Shown piece by piece: positions 26,878 to 36,400 of a stretch of 64,000 nucleotides of DNA. Source of the stretch: Acidobacteriota bacterium (GTDB lineage: Bacteria; Acidobacteriota; Thermoanaerobaculia; Multivoradales; Multivoraceae). Position 1 is the first letter of the stretch. Each line of letters starts with the position of its first letter. The stretch covers positions 9,654 through 73,653 of the forward strand of contig JBCCLJ010000005.1 in assembly GCA_039026915.1 (NCBI GenBank). Reading direction: 5' to 3'. A program made the translations under genes and the position numbers. A model generated the notes under the pieces. That model saw only the letters and a list, made by a program, of their open reading frames with translations. It made no database searches and was not told where the DNA came from.

Positions 26878-29382
26878 TTGGCTGCAGAACGCGAAGATCT
26901 CGAGCGCTTGGCTGCGGCGATTGCCGAGGGTCGGACCGTCGACTGGCCGTTGGAGATCGGTGCTGAGGAAGCGAGCCCAGAGCTCGACAATCTGCGCGCT
27001 CTGGCTGGGATTCAGGAGCTCTTCGCACGGCAGGGTCGTGACGAGGAGCGGCCGCGCGGAACGCCGTCCTTCCGCTGGGGACATCTCAAAGTCGGAGAGC
27101 TGCTGGGGCGAGGCGCCTATGGCGAGGTCTATCGAGCCTTCGATACGGTGCTGCAGCGTCAAGTCGCGCTCAAGCTGCGTCGTGGAGACCAAGCGGACGG
27201 TCAGGCCTACATTGCCGAGGCGCGGCGCCTGGCGCAGGTCCGGCATCCGCACGTGCTGGCGGTGCACGGTGCCGATGTGCACGACGGGCGCGTCGGTCTC
27301 TGGGCCGATCTGATCGAAGGCTCGACGCTCGACGAGGTCCTCGACGCGCGCGGTGCGCTCCCGGAGGCCCAGGTGCTCGACGTCGCAGCTGCCTTGGCGA
27401 GCGCGCTGGAGGCGGTGCATGCGCAGTCCCTCGTGCACGGCGACGTCAAGGGCTCGAACGTCATGCTCGAGGGCGCAACACCGGTCCTCATGGACTTCGG
27501 CGCCGGGACCGACCTGCAGTCTTCCGGCTCCAGCACAGCTGCCGGCTCTCCGCTCTCCATGGCTCCCGAGCTCTTCCGAGGCATCGCTCCGAGTGCGGCG
27601 GGCGATCTCTACGCTCTGGGCGCGCTGCTCTTTCGCCTGCTGAACGGCCGGTACCCCGTGGAGGCGGAATCGCTCGACCAACTGCGACGAATCCACGAAG
27701 AGGGCAAGGTCGTTCAGGCGGGGCGCGGCCCCCTCCGAAAGCTCGCCGCTGACCTCCTTGATGCGCGGCCGGAGCAGAGGCCGACGGCGGCCCGCGTCGT
27801 CGAGCGTGTCGAGACGCTGCGCCGCGCACCGGCGCTGCGGCGTCGACGTCGGGCGATGGCCGCGATCATCGGCGTCCTGGTCCTCGGCGTTCTGGCCACC
27901 TCAGCGGGTCTCGTCGAAGCGCGCCGCTCCGAGCGTCGTGCACAGACCCTGAGCCAGTTCCTCCGCGACGTTCTGGCGAAGCCGCAGCTCGCGTCGAAAG
28001 GACCGAACGTTCGAGTCACCGACGTCGTCCGCGAAGCTGCGCTTCGCCTCGAGGAGGACGAGGGTCTCGACCCGGATTTGCGGCTGGAGCTGCTGGACAC
28101 TCTGGGCTTCACCTACTCTCAGCTCGGCCTGGACCAGCAGTCTCTGGCTCTCAACGCCGACGCGCTTCGACTCGCGGAGGAACTGCGGCCGCCCGGAGAC
28201 CCACTCGTCTTGCGCTTGGCGACTCGGCTGGCTCTGAATCGTCTGGAGATGGGAGAGCTCGAAGCGGCTCGGGATGCGCTGCTCGCGCTGGAGGGGGACG
28301 TGGACAAGTTGCCCATCGGGCACGCGACGCGCCCGTACTACCTGCGCTCTCGCTCCAGTCTCGCGGATGCGGAGGGTGACGGGGATTCAGCGCTGCGGCT
28401 GGCGCGTGAGGCCGTCGAGGCCGGGTCGGCCGGCAGGGCGGACGACGAGTATCCCTTCCGTCTGGCGCAGTCGGACCTGGGCGAGATGCTGCTGAGGATG
28501 GGTGAGTACGAGCCGGCGGAGGAGCTGCTGCGCGAGAGCCTGCAGTGGTACGAGAGGCGCTTCGGCCTGCGGAACTTCAGCTCGTTGGTGGTCCGCACCC
28601 TGCTCGCGGAGGCGCTCGATCGACAGGGGCGCACCGCAGAGGCAATCCCCGTGATGCGGCAGGTCGTCACCACGGCCCGCGACTGGCTCGGCGAGGACGA
28701 GCCCCGATATGCCGCGGCGCTGGCGAACTTCAGCACGCTTCTGGGCACGACCGGCCAGTTCGAGGAGGCGCTGGAGGTCAGTCTCGAGACGCAGAGGCTG
28801 CTCGAACGAGATCCCGTCGAGAACGAGGGACCGCTTCTCACCTTGCTCAACAACCGCGGCAAGCTCTACTTCGACCTCGGTCGCTACCAGGAGGCGGAGG
28901 GCGCCTACCGCCAGGCGTTGGCGGGTTGGCTGCGTCGACCACTCAAGAACCCCAACGAGCTCGTCGTTCGCTTCAATCTTTCGGAGGTCCTTCTGCTCAG
29001 CGGGCGTCCCGAAGCGGCCCTCGCTGAGGCGCGAAGAGCACGTCCGCTCATGGTCGAGCGCACCCAGGAGGACCATCTCTTCGTTCTGGTGACCGACGGC
29101 GTCATCGGCGGCTCCCTGAGCGAGCTCGGGCGCCTGAAGGAGGCGGAGAGAGTTCTCGAGCGAGCGGTCGAGCGTTCGGTGGCCGTGCTGGGTGCAGGTC
29201 ATCCTTCGACGCTCGACAACGAGCTCTATCTCGCCCGGAACGAATGGCGACTCGGGAGGCGCAGCGAAGCTCTTGCTCGTGCGGAGCGCGTCGCTGAAGG
29301 ACGGGGTGCCGTCTTTGGAGACGAGCATGGCGAGACCCTCGAGGCGTGGGATCTCGTTGCGGAGTGGCGCGCCGCACCGTGA
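26878..29382 (+). CDS. membrane Ser/Thr protein kinase with C-terminal TPR domain
   Basis: TTG 26878 lies 7 nt after GGAG and 4 nt after the sigma stop. Kinase motifs LGRGAYGEVY, VALK, HGDVKGSNVM (non-RD), MDFGAG, MAPE. One TM helix MAAIIGVLVLGVLATSAGLV. About 480 aa of TPR-like repeats follow. Confidence 0.85.
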   Translation: MAAEREDLERLAAAIAEGRTVDWPLEIGAEEASPELDNLRALAGIQELFARQGRDEERPRGTPSFRWGHLKVGELLGRGAYGEVYRAFDTVLQRQVALKLRRGDQADGQAYIAEARRLAQVRHPHVLAVHGADVHDGRVGLWADLIEGSTLDEVLDARGALPEAQVLDVAAALASALEAVHAQSLVHGDVKGSNVMLEGATPVLMDFGAGTDLQSSGSSTAAGSPLSMAPELFRGIAPSAAGDLYALGALLFRLLNGRYPVEAESLDQLRRIHEEGKVVQAGRGPLRKLAADLLDARPEQRPTAARVVERVETLRRAPALRRRRRAMAAIIGVLVLGVLATSAGLVEARRSERRAQTLSQFLRDVLAKPQLASKGPNVRVTDVVREAALRLEEDEGLDPDLRLELLDTLGFTYSQLGLDQQSLALNADALRLAEELRPPGDPLVLRLATRLALNRLEMGELEAARDALLALEGDVDKLPIGHATRPYYLRSRSSLADAEGDGDSALRLAREAVEAGSAGRADDEYPFRLAQSDLGEMLLRMGEYEPAEELLRESLQWYERRFGLRNFSSLVVRTLLAEALDRQGRTAEAIPVMRQVVTTARDWLGEDEPRYAAALANFSTLLGTTGQFEEALEVSLETQRLLERDPVENEGPLLTLLNNRGKLYFDLGRYQEAEGAYRQALAGWLRRPLKNPNELVVRFNLSEVLLLSGRPEAALAEARRARPLMVERTQEDHLFVLVTDGVIGGSLSELGRLKEAERVLERAVERSVAVLGAGHPSTLDNELYLARNEWRLGRRSEALARAERVAEGRGAVFGDEHGETLEAWDLVAEWRAAP

Positions 29383-29508
29383 AGGGTCGTGCGCCGCCGC
29401 TCGTTCCGCTACGCTCGCCTCTCGAACCTCCAGCACCCCACCGAAACCCCGGGCTCAATCGTCCGCCGAAACGCCGTGGCGAGCTCTCTCGGAAGGCCTC
29501 TTCTGTCG

Positions 29509-31137
29509 ATGAAAAAACTGCGCTCTCTCCTTCTCGTCGCGGCGTTCTCCGCGGTTCTCTGTTGTAGCGGTAGCGAGCCTCCCAAGGCGCCGGTCAGGGC
29601 CACGGACGCCGCCGAGGAGTCCTCTTTGCGCGAGCGCCTGGAGGAGCCGATCGACCTGATTCCCGCGGCCCTCGGCGACTACGACTGGCCGATCACGACG
29701 ACCGTGGCGAAAGCTCAGGAGTACTTCAACCAGGGCATGCAGCTGCGCTGGGCGTTCAACGTGCCGGAGTCGACACGGTCGATGGTCGAGGCGCGCCGCG
29801 CCGATCCGGACTGCGCGATGTGCTGGTGGGGGGAGGCTTTCACGCTCGGGTCGTTTCTCAACGGCAAGATGAGCTCGGACAAGGCCGTCTTGGCGCGCGA
29901 AGCGATCCTGAAGGCACAGTCGCTGTTGGGTCGTAGCGCGACCCCTGTCGAGAAGGCGCTCATCGAGGCCTCGCTCGTGCGCTATCCGGAGGACTTCGAT
30001 CCCAAGGAACGCGAGACGTCGGACCAGGCTTTTGCCGACGCGATGGCCAAGGTCTACGCGGAGTTCCCGGAGCACGACGAGGTGGGCACGATCTACGGCG
30101 TTGCGCTCTTCCAGCTCGAAGAGCGGCGCGGCGACCGTGACCTCGAAGATCCGGACCTCATTCGCCTGCACGGCGTGTTGACCTCGGTGCTCGATCGCGA
30201 CGTTCGTCATCCAGGCGCCTGCCATCTCTACATCCACGCCACCGAGTCGAGTCAGGATCCAGGACTGGCCCTCGGCTGCGCGCGGCATCTGGGCGACTCG
30301 ATGCCCGTGGCGAGCCACATCCAGCACATGCCTTCGCACACCTGGAACGAAGTTGGGATGTGGCCCGAGTCGGTGCGTGCCAACACCCTCGCCTGGCAAG
30401 CGGACCAGCGGGCGAAGGACGGCGAGGGCTTCTCCTACGCACCGAGCCACAACCTGCACATGCTGCTCTTTGCCGCGAGCATGGATGGGCAGGGCGCCGT
30501 CGCGATGCAGGCGGCCCGCGACTACGCGCGTGTCGGCGGCAACACGATGCACCTGGTCCTGACCCTTCTGCGCTTCGGCCGCTTCGAGGAAGTTCTCGAG
30601 GTGAAGAGCAAGCCGGGAGGCGCCGTCGCCGCGGGGATGTGGGACTTCGCCCAGGGCTACGCCGCCCTACGCACGGACGATGCGGAGGCTGCGCAGGAGT
30701 CGTTGAGAAAAGTGCAGGCTGCGGTGGAGGAGTTCCCCGATGCCACCTTCCGGTTCCACAAGGCGACGCAGATCCTGGCTCTCGTGGAAGAGGTGCTGAG
30801 GGGCGAGATCCTCCGAGCTGAAGGAGACCTCGACGGCGCGATCGCCGCCTTCGAGCGGGCTGTCGAGCTCGACGACCAGCAGGACTACGACGAACCCGAG
30901 CCGATCCCCTTCGCCGCGCGTGACTGGCTCGGCGCCGCCCTGCTCGAGGCCGAGCGCTTCACCGACGCGGAGACCGTCTACCGCGCCGGGCTCGTCGACC
31001 ATCCCCACAACGTCTGGTCGCTGCATGGACTCAAGCAAGCGCTGGCGGCGCAGGGCAAGACCGATGCAGCCGTCGACGCGGACTTCGAGAAGAGCACGGC
31101 GCGCACGGACGCCTGGATCAAGGCGTCGCGGTTCTAG
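29509..31137 (+). CDS. TPR-repeat protein, secreted/possible lipoprotein
   Basis: ATG 29509 (MKKLRSLLLVAAFSAVLCCSG). Helical-repeat sequence; the C-terminal part YRAGLVDHPHNVWSLHGLKQALAAQGK is TPR-like. The 582-aa track ORF has an upstream extension. Confidence 0.6.
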   Translation: MKKLRSLLLVAAFSAVLCCSGSEPPKAPVRATDAAEESSLRERLEEPIDLIPAALGDYDWPITTTVAKAQEYFNQGMQLRWAFNVPESTRSMVEARRADPDCAMCWWGEAFTLGSFLNGKMSSDKAVLAREAILKAQSLLGRSATPVEKALIEASLVRYPEDFDPKERETSDQAFADAMAKVYAEFPEHDEVGTIYGVALFQLEERRGDRDLEDPDLIRLHGVLTSVLDRDVRHPGACHLYIHATESSQDPGLALGCARHLGDSMPVASHIQHMPSHTWNEVGMWPESVRANTLAWQADQRAKDGEGFSYAPSHNLHMLLFAASMDGQGAVAMQAARDYARVGGNTMHLVLTLLRFGRFEEVLEVKSKPGGAVAAGMWDFAQGYAALRTDDAEAAQESLRKVQAAVEEFPDATFRFHKATQILALVEEVLRGEILRAEGDLDGAIAAFERAVELDDQQDYDEPEPIPFAARDWLGAALLEAERFTDAETVYRAGLVDHPHNVWSLHGLKQALAAQGKTDAAVDADFEKSTARTDAWIKASRF

Positions 31138-31214
31138 CGGAGGGGCGGAAGCGGTCCGATAGAGGATGCGCTGGTTCTCTCCGCGCCTGTCGGGAGACGA
31201 CCCCTTTCTGGTCC

Positions 31215-31352
31215 ATCCCACGTCACTTCCACTGCAGAGAAGTGACGGAACACCTCACGGTTCTGAGGGTTCGCTGCGGGCTGGTCGGGGACGTCTGCAT
31301 CGAGCGCCGCTGAGCCGACGTGGCGAGCTGCGCATCCTGGGCGCCCGCCTCG
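31215..31352 (-). pseudogene. 3'-terminal remnant of a paralogue of lipoprotein gene 32622..33380
   Basis: Minus-strand translation ...ALDADVPDQPAANPQNREVFRHFSAVEVTWD aligns with the C-terminus ...QQLDFYIRSPEKNEANHPNREVFDHFFAMEVTWR* of 32622..33380. My hand alignment of 31218-31274 against 32628-32684 gives about 44/57 identical nt. An in-frame stop lies upstream (31353-31355), there is no start codon, and the original stop is lost. Confidence 0.55.
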
Positions 31353-31463
31353 TCATGAATCGGTGACACAGGGCACCGCGTGCTGGCTTCACACTCTTGC
31401 CGGGCCGAACCCAGACGGCAGACGGCGACAGGCCCTCGACGACTCCAGACCCGGGAGGTGACC

Positions 31464-32555
31464 ATGGCCGAGACCAGCCGGCAGGACGTGATCGACACCG
31501 TCGAGCACATCAACGACGATCACGCCGAGGAGATCCGAAGCATCGCACTCGTCTACGTCGACGAGCAGGCGGAGCAGGCCAGGCTGCTGGATATCCACGA
31601 TCGAGGACTGGAGATCGAGGTCGAGTCGCGGGGCGAGCTGCAGCGTCGCTCGGTACCGTTCTCGTTCAGCGGCGAGCCGGAAGACAAGGTGCTCTTCCTC
31701 GCCTACCAGGCGATGGTGAAGCTGCGCAAGCTGCCTCAGGGCACTCGCACGAGGTACCTCGAGTTCGTCGAGCGGCAGACCGTGAGCCCCAACATGCTTC
31801 GGCTGATCTTTCGCAGCGAGTCACCTCTGCCAGAAGATGCAGGGCACGCCTTCCTCTTTTCTCTCCGTTCGCTGAAACCGAACAAGCGCCGCAAGGTGAG
31901 AGAGCCGACGGAGATGGGGTTCGGCATGCGCGTCGGGTTTCAGGCCATGCTGTGGGCGATGAAGGTCCTGCGGCCGGGCACCCGGAAGAAGCTGCTGGAG
32001 TCGATGTACAACGGGTCGCGCTACTACAGCCTGCGCAAGGTCACGGCGCCTGCGGGAGGAGATTCGTGGCTCGCCTGGGTCGACGTTTTCCATCACGGCT
32101 CGTCCCCCGGCGGCAACTGGGCGACCGGCCTGTCGAGCGGTGACCTCGTCAAGACCACCGCCGAGCACCAGGAGAAGACCGAGCACCTGGGCGCCGGCCG
32201 CATGCTGCTGATTGCCGACGAAACGGGGATGCCGACCATGGCCGAGCTGCTCGAACGCTGGGAGAACTCCACGCCGCCTGTCCTGATCGTCCTGACGAAG
32301 GAAGAATCTGAGCAGTCCTACATTGACGAGGAGCTCCTTCCGGTTGGAAGCGAGATTCACCGAATCGTGGGTGGGAGGGGGGACGCCGAGACGACGCTCC
32401 TTGCGCTGCTTGGACAGCTGCCCGCAATCGACGGCGCGTGGGGTGGCTTGGAGCAGACACAGGCGAAGCTGACTCGCAAGTACCTGAGGGAGCACCACGG
32501 GCTCGGTCTGGGCGAGAACCGGATCCGCGGCTACTGGCAGGCCAAAGAAGACTGA
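31464..32555 (+). CDS. siderophore-interacting-protein (SIP/ViuB)-like FAD reductase with N-terminal DUF2470-like domain
   Basis: ATG 31464 follows GGGAGG. N-terminus DVIDTVEHINDDHAEEIRSIALVY is DUF2470-like. YLEFVERQTVSPNMLRLIFRS looks like an FAD-binding barrel. LLIADETGMPTMAELLERW and RGYWQAK are SIP C-terminal hallmarks. Confidence 0.65.
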   Translation: MAETSRQDVIDTVEHINDDHAEEIRSIALVYVDEQAEQARLLDIHDRGLEIEVESRGELQRRSVPFSFSGEPEDKVLFLAYQAMVKLRKLPQGTRTRYLEFVERQTVSPNMLRLIFRSESPLPEDAGHAFLFSLRSLKPNKRRKVREPTEMGFGMRVGFQAMLWAMKVLRPGTRKKLLESMYNGSRYYSLRKVTAPAGGDSWLAWVDVFHHGSSPGGNWATGLSSGDLVKTTAEHQEKTEHLGAGRMLLIADETGMPTMAELLERWENSTPPVLIVLTKEESEQSYIDEELLPVGSEIHRIVGGRGDAETTLLALLGQLPAIDGAWGGLEQTQAKLTRKYLREHHGLGLGENRIRGYWQAKED

Positions 32556-32570
32556 GCCAAGGAAGACTGA
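32541..32570 (+). repeat. 15-bp tandem duplication spanning the stop codon of 31464..32555
   Basis: gccaaagaagactga | gccaaggaagactga, 14/15 identical. The second copy supplies an in-frame back-up TGA at 32568-32570. Confidence 0.8.
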
Positions 32571-32578
32571 GGATCTGA

Positions 32579-32599
32579 GGCAAGCTCTCTCGGCTTGCC
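32579..32599. terminator. hairpin between convergent genes
   Basis: ggcaagc-tctctcg-gcttgcc gives a 7-bp perfect stem. No clear U-tract. Confidence 0.35.
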
Positions 32600-32621
32600 G
32601 AGGGCGCGCCTCATACGGCTC

Positions 32622-33380
32622 CTACCTCCACGTCACTTCCATCGCGAAGAAGTGATCGAACACTTCGCGATTCGGATGGTTCGCCTCGTTCTTCTCCGGC
32701 GAACGGATGTAGAAGTCGAGCTGCTGCGCGGCAGGGTTCACCGCGCCGGCCGGTGACGTCTGCCCGGGAACCGAGTGCAGGACCTCGAGCGTGTCGCGGT
32801 CGCGCATGCCCTGGGTCACCATGAAGTGGATCTGGTAGTCCTCATAGAGCACCTCGCCGTCGAGCGACGCGCGACCGGTGCCCCAACCGGCGACGTAGAG
32901 CAGGCTCTTCGGCCAGTTGGCGTCGCCGCAGCCGGCGTCGCCGTGCTCGAAGAGGAAGGCGGCGATGCCGCCGTCCTGGCAGGGGTTGAACTCGACGATC
33001 TCTTCGAGCTCGACGACGTAGCGGCCTTCCGGAAGATCGAGCTCGGCGCGGAAGGTGCCGGTGTTGTCGATCTCGTTCACGTCGAGCTCGATCGCACCGC
33101 CCACCTCGCGCAGATTCGACGCGTCGTCGCCCATGTGATCCCAGGGGCTCTCGTCGCCGAGCGTGCCGGCCTGGTAGATCTTCGCACCGCGGATGCGGAA
33201 GCGGCCGTCGTAGAGGGCGTGCTGCTCGGGCGTGTAGATGCCGAGTGCGGTCTCCGGCTGAAGGCGAGCGCCGGGCTCCGGGGTCGCTCTTTCGGTGGGT
33301 TCGATGTCGGCGGCCGGGGGCGCGCAGGCCCCCGTCAGAAGGCTGATCGAAAGCAGGGTGAGAGCGGTGACTTTGTGCAC
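32622..33380 (-). CDS. hypothetical lipoprotein
   Basis: MHKVTALTLLSISLLTGAC has a lipobox (LLTGAC). No family recognised. A truncated paralogue remnant lies at 31215..31352. Confidence 0.6.
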   Translation of the reverse strand: MHKVTALTLLSISLLTGACAPPAADIEPTERATPEPGARLQPETALGIYTPEQHALYDGRFRIRGAKIYQAGTLGDESPWDHMGDDASNLREVGGAIELDVNEIDNTGTFRAELDLPEGRYVVELEEIVEFNPCQDGGIAAFLFEHGDAGCGDANWPKSLLYVAGWGTGRASLDGEVLYEDYQIHFMVTQGMRDRDTLEVLHSVPGQTSPAGAVNPAAQQLDFYIRSPEKNEANHPNREVFDHFFAMEVTWR

Positions 33381-33453
33381 GAGTGTCTCCTGGATGCGTC
33401 GTAGACTGGCTCTTCACCAGTCTACGTCGCTGTATCTCCGGAGGGTTCTCGCT

Positions 33454-36400
33454 GTGCGACCGCTCATGACTTCCCGTTCATCCTGGTTCTCGCTCTTGCT
33501 GATCACGGTTACGCTCGGCGCGGTGACGGCTTCGACGTCGCTCGCTCAGGACGAGACCCCTTGGCCCGAACGCCCGGCCGAAGATCTCGCCGGCCTTTCG
33601 CTGCGCCACCTCGGGCCGGCGCTGATGTCGGGGCGCATCGCCGACATCGCCATCCACCCCGAGCACCGCAGCACCTGGTACATCGCGGTCGGCTCGGGGG
33701 GCGTCTGGAAGACGACGAACGCTGGAACGACGATCGAGCCGATCTTCGACGGCGCCACGAGCCCCAGCGGCGGCTCGTACTCCGTCGGCGACGTGACGCT
33801 CGACCCGAACGCTCCGGACGTCGTCTGGGTGGGCACGGGCGAGAACGTCAGCGGTCGGCACGTCGGTTACGGCGACGGCGTTTATCGCTCGATGAACGGC
33901 GGCGCGAGCTGGGAGCACATGGGCCTCACGGATTCGGAGCACGTGTCGCGCATCGTCGTCGATCCGCGCGACTCGAACGTCGTCTTCGTCGCGGCCGAAG
34001 GTCCGCTGTGGAGCGACGGCGGCGACCGCGGCGTCTTCAAGTCCGACGATCGCGGCGCGACGTGGCGCAACGTGCTCGAGATCTCGAACAAGACCGGCGT
34101 CGCCGATCTGCAGATGGATCCGAAGAACCCGGACGTGATGTACGCCGCCGCGTACCAGCGCCGTCGCACGGTGTGGTCGCTACTCGCCGGCGGGCCGGAA
34201 TCCGGCATCTACAAGAGCACCGACGGCGGTGAGACGTGGCGCGAAGTGACCGTCGGGCTGCCGTCGGGGGACATGGGCAAGATCGGTCTCGCGATCTCGC
34301 CGTTCGATTCGAAGGTCGTCTACGCGACGATCGAGGCGAAGCCGGAGAGCGCCGGTTTCTATCGCTCGGTCGACGCCGGCGAGAGCTGGGAGCACCGCAA
34401 CAGCTACCACTCGGGCGGCACTGGACCTCACTACTACCAGGAGATCTACGCCTCGCCGCACAGCGACGGCCGGGTCTACCAGATGGACGTCTTCATTCAC
34501 GTCACTGAGGACGGCGGTGGCTCCTTCCGCCGCGTCGACGGCGGGGAAGACAAGCACAGCGACAACCACGCTCTCGCCTTCTGGCCGGACGATCCGAGCT
34601 ACCTACTCGCCGGGACGGACGCCGGCGTCTACGAGAGCTTTGATGCGGGCGTGACCTGGAAGTACGTCACCAACCTGCCGGTGACGCAGATCTACAAGGG
34701 CGCGGTCGACAACGACTTTCCGGCCTACAACATCATCGGCGGCACGCAGGACAACGGCACGATCTACGGCCCGGTGCGCACCTTCAATCAGCACGGCGTG
34801 CGCGACCAGGACTGGACCGTGCCGTACGGCGCCGACGGCTACGACACGGCAATCGACCCGGAGAACCCGGACATCGTCTACGTCTCCTGGCAGATGGGGC
34901 ATCCGCTGCGCTTCGATCGCGCGACGGGCGAGCTCACGGAGATCCAGCCGCAGCCCGAGCCCGGCGATCCGGTCGATCGCTTCAACTGGGACGCGCCGCT
35001 GCTCATCTCGCCGCACGATCCGGCGCGCCTCTACTACGGATCGCAGCGGGTTTTTCGCAGCAACGATCGCGGCGACTCCTGGAGCCCGGTCTCCGGCGAC
35101 CTGACGCGCGGCACCACGCGCTACGAGATGAGGACCGACGGCAAGGTGCGCAGCGTCGACGCGCTCTGGGGCAACTCCGCCATGTCCTGGTATGCGACGC
35201 TCACGTCGATCACCGAGTCGCCGCTCGTCGAGGGTCTGCTCTACACCGGTTCGGACGACGGCTCGATTCACATCAGCGAGGACGGCGGTGCCAACTGGCG
35301 CCGCGCCGAGCTGCCGCGCAGCGTGCCCGAGCGCGCCTTCGTCAATCAGGTTCGTGCTTCGCTGCACGACGCTGACACGGTCTTCGCGGTGCTCGACAAC
35401 CACAAGGAGGGGGACTATCAGCCCTACCTGCTGGTGAGTCGCGATCGCGGTCGTCGCTGGCAGTCGCTGAAGGGCGACCTGCCCGATCGCCAGATCCTCT
35501 GGGCGATCGCGCAGGACCACGTCTCTGCGAACCTCCTCTTCGTCGGTGCCGAGCGAGGCGTCTACGTTTCGCTCGATGCGGGCGAGCACTGGCGCCTCGT
35601 GGCGGGCTCGCCGAAGATCCCGTTCCGCGATCTCGACATCCAGCGTCGCGAGAACGATCTCGTCGCTTCGTCGTTCGCGCGCGGCTTCTACGTGCTCGAC
35701 GACTACACCCCGCTGCGCGCACTCGCCGAGGGAGAGGCCTCGGGCACGACGCTGTTCGCTCCGCGCCGTGCGCTCTGGTTTCACCCGACGCTGCTGCTGC
35801 AGAACCGCGGCAAGGGCGCCAAGGGCACCGACTACTGGGCCGCAGAGAACCCGCCCTACGGCGCGATCTTCACCTACTACCTCGAAGACTCGGTCGTCTC
35901 TCGAGGCGATGCGCGCCGCGCGGCAGAAGGGGAGCTCGACGACGGCGCTGACGTGCCGCTGCCGAGCCTCGACGAGTTGCGCGCCGAGAACGACGAGGCG
36001 GCGACACGCGTTCTCCTGATCGTGCGCGACGACGAGGGCCGTGAGGTGCGCCGCGTCGAAGGACCGACATCGGAGGGTATCCACCGCGTCGCTTGGGATC
36101 TCCGCTACCCGAGCTTCGAGCCGGTCGCGCTCGAGCTGCCGACGGATCTGCCGCCTTGGTTCGACCCGCCGGTCGGGCCGATGGCTCCTCCGGGCCGCTA
36201 CACCGTCGAACTGGTGCGCGTCGGTCCCGGGGGCCTCGAAACGCTGGCTGCGGCAGTGCCGTTCGACGTCGAAGCGATCTTCGAGCCGGCGCTCGGCGAG
36301 CAGGACGCAGAGGACGTGCTGACGCTGCAGCAGGAGACCGGAAGGCTCTACCAGCGTGCTCTCGGCGTCGCTCAGGAGACCGGACGCGCGCTCGACCGCC

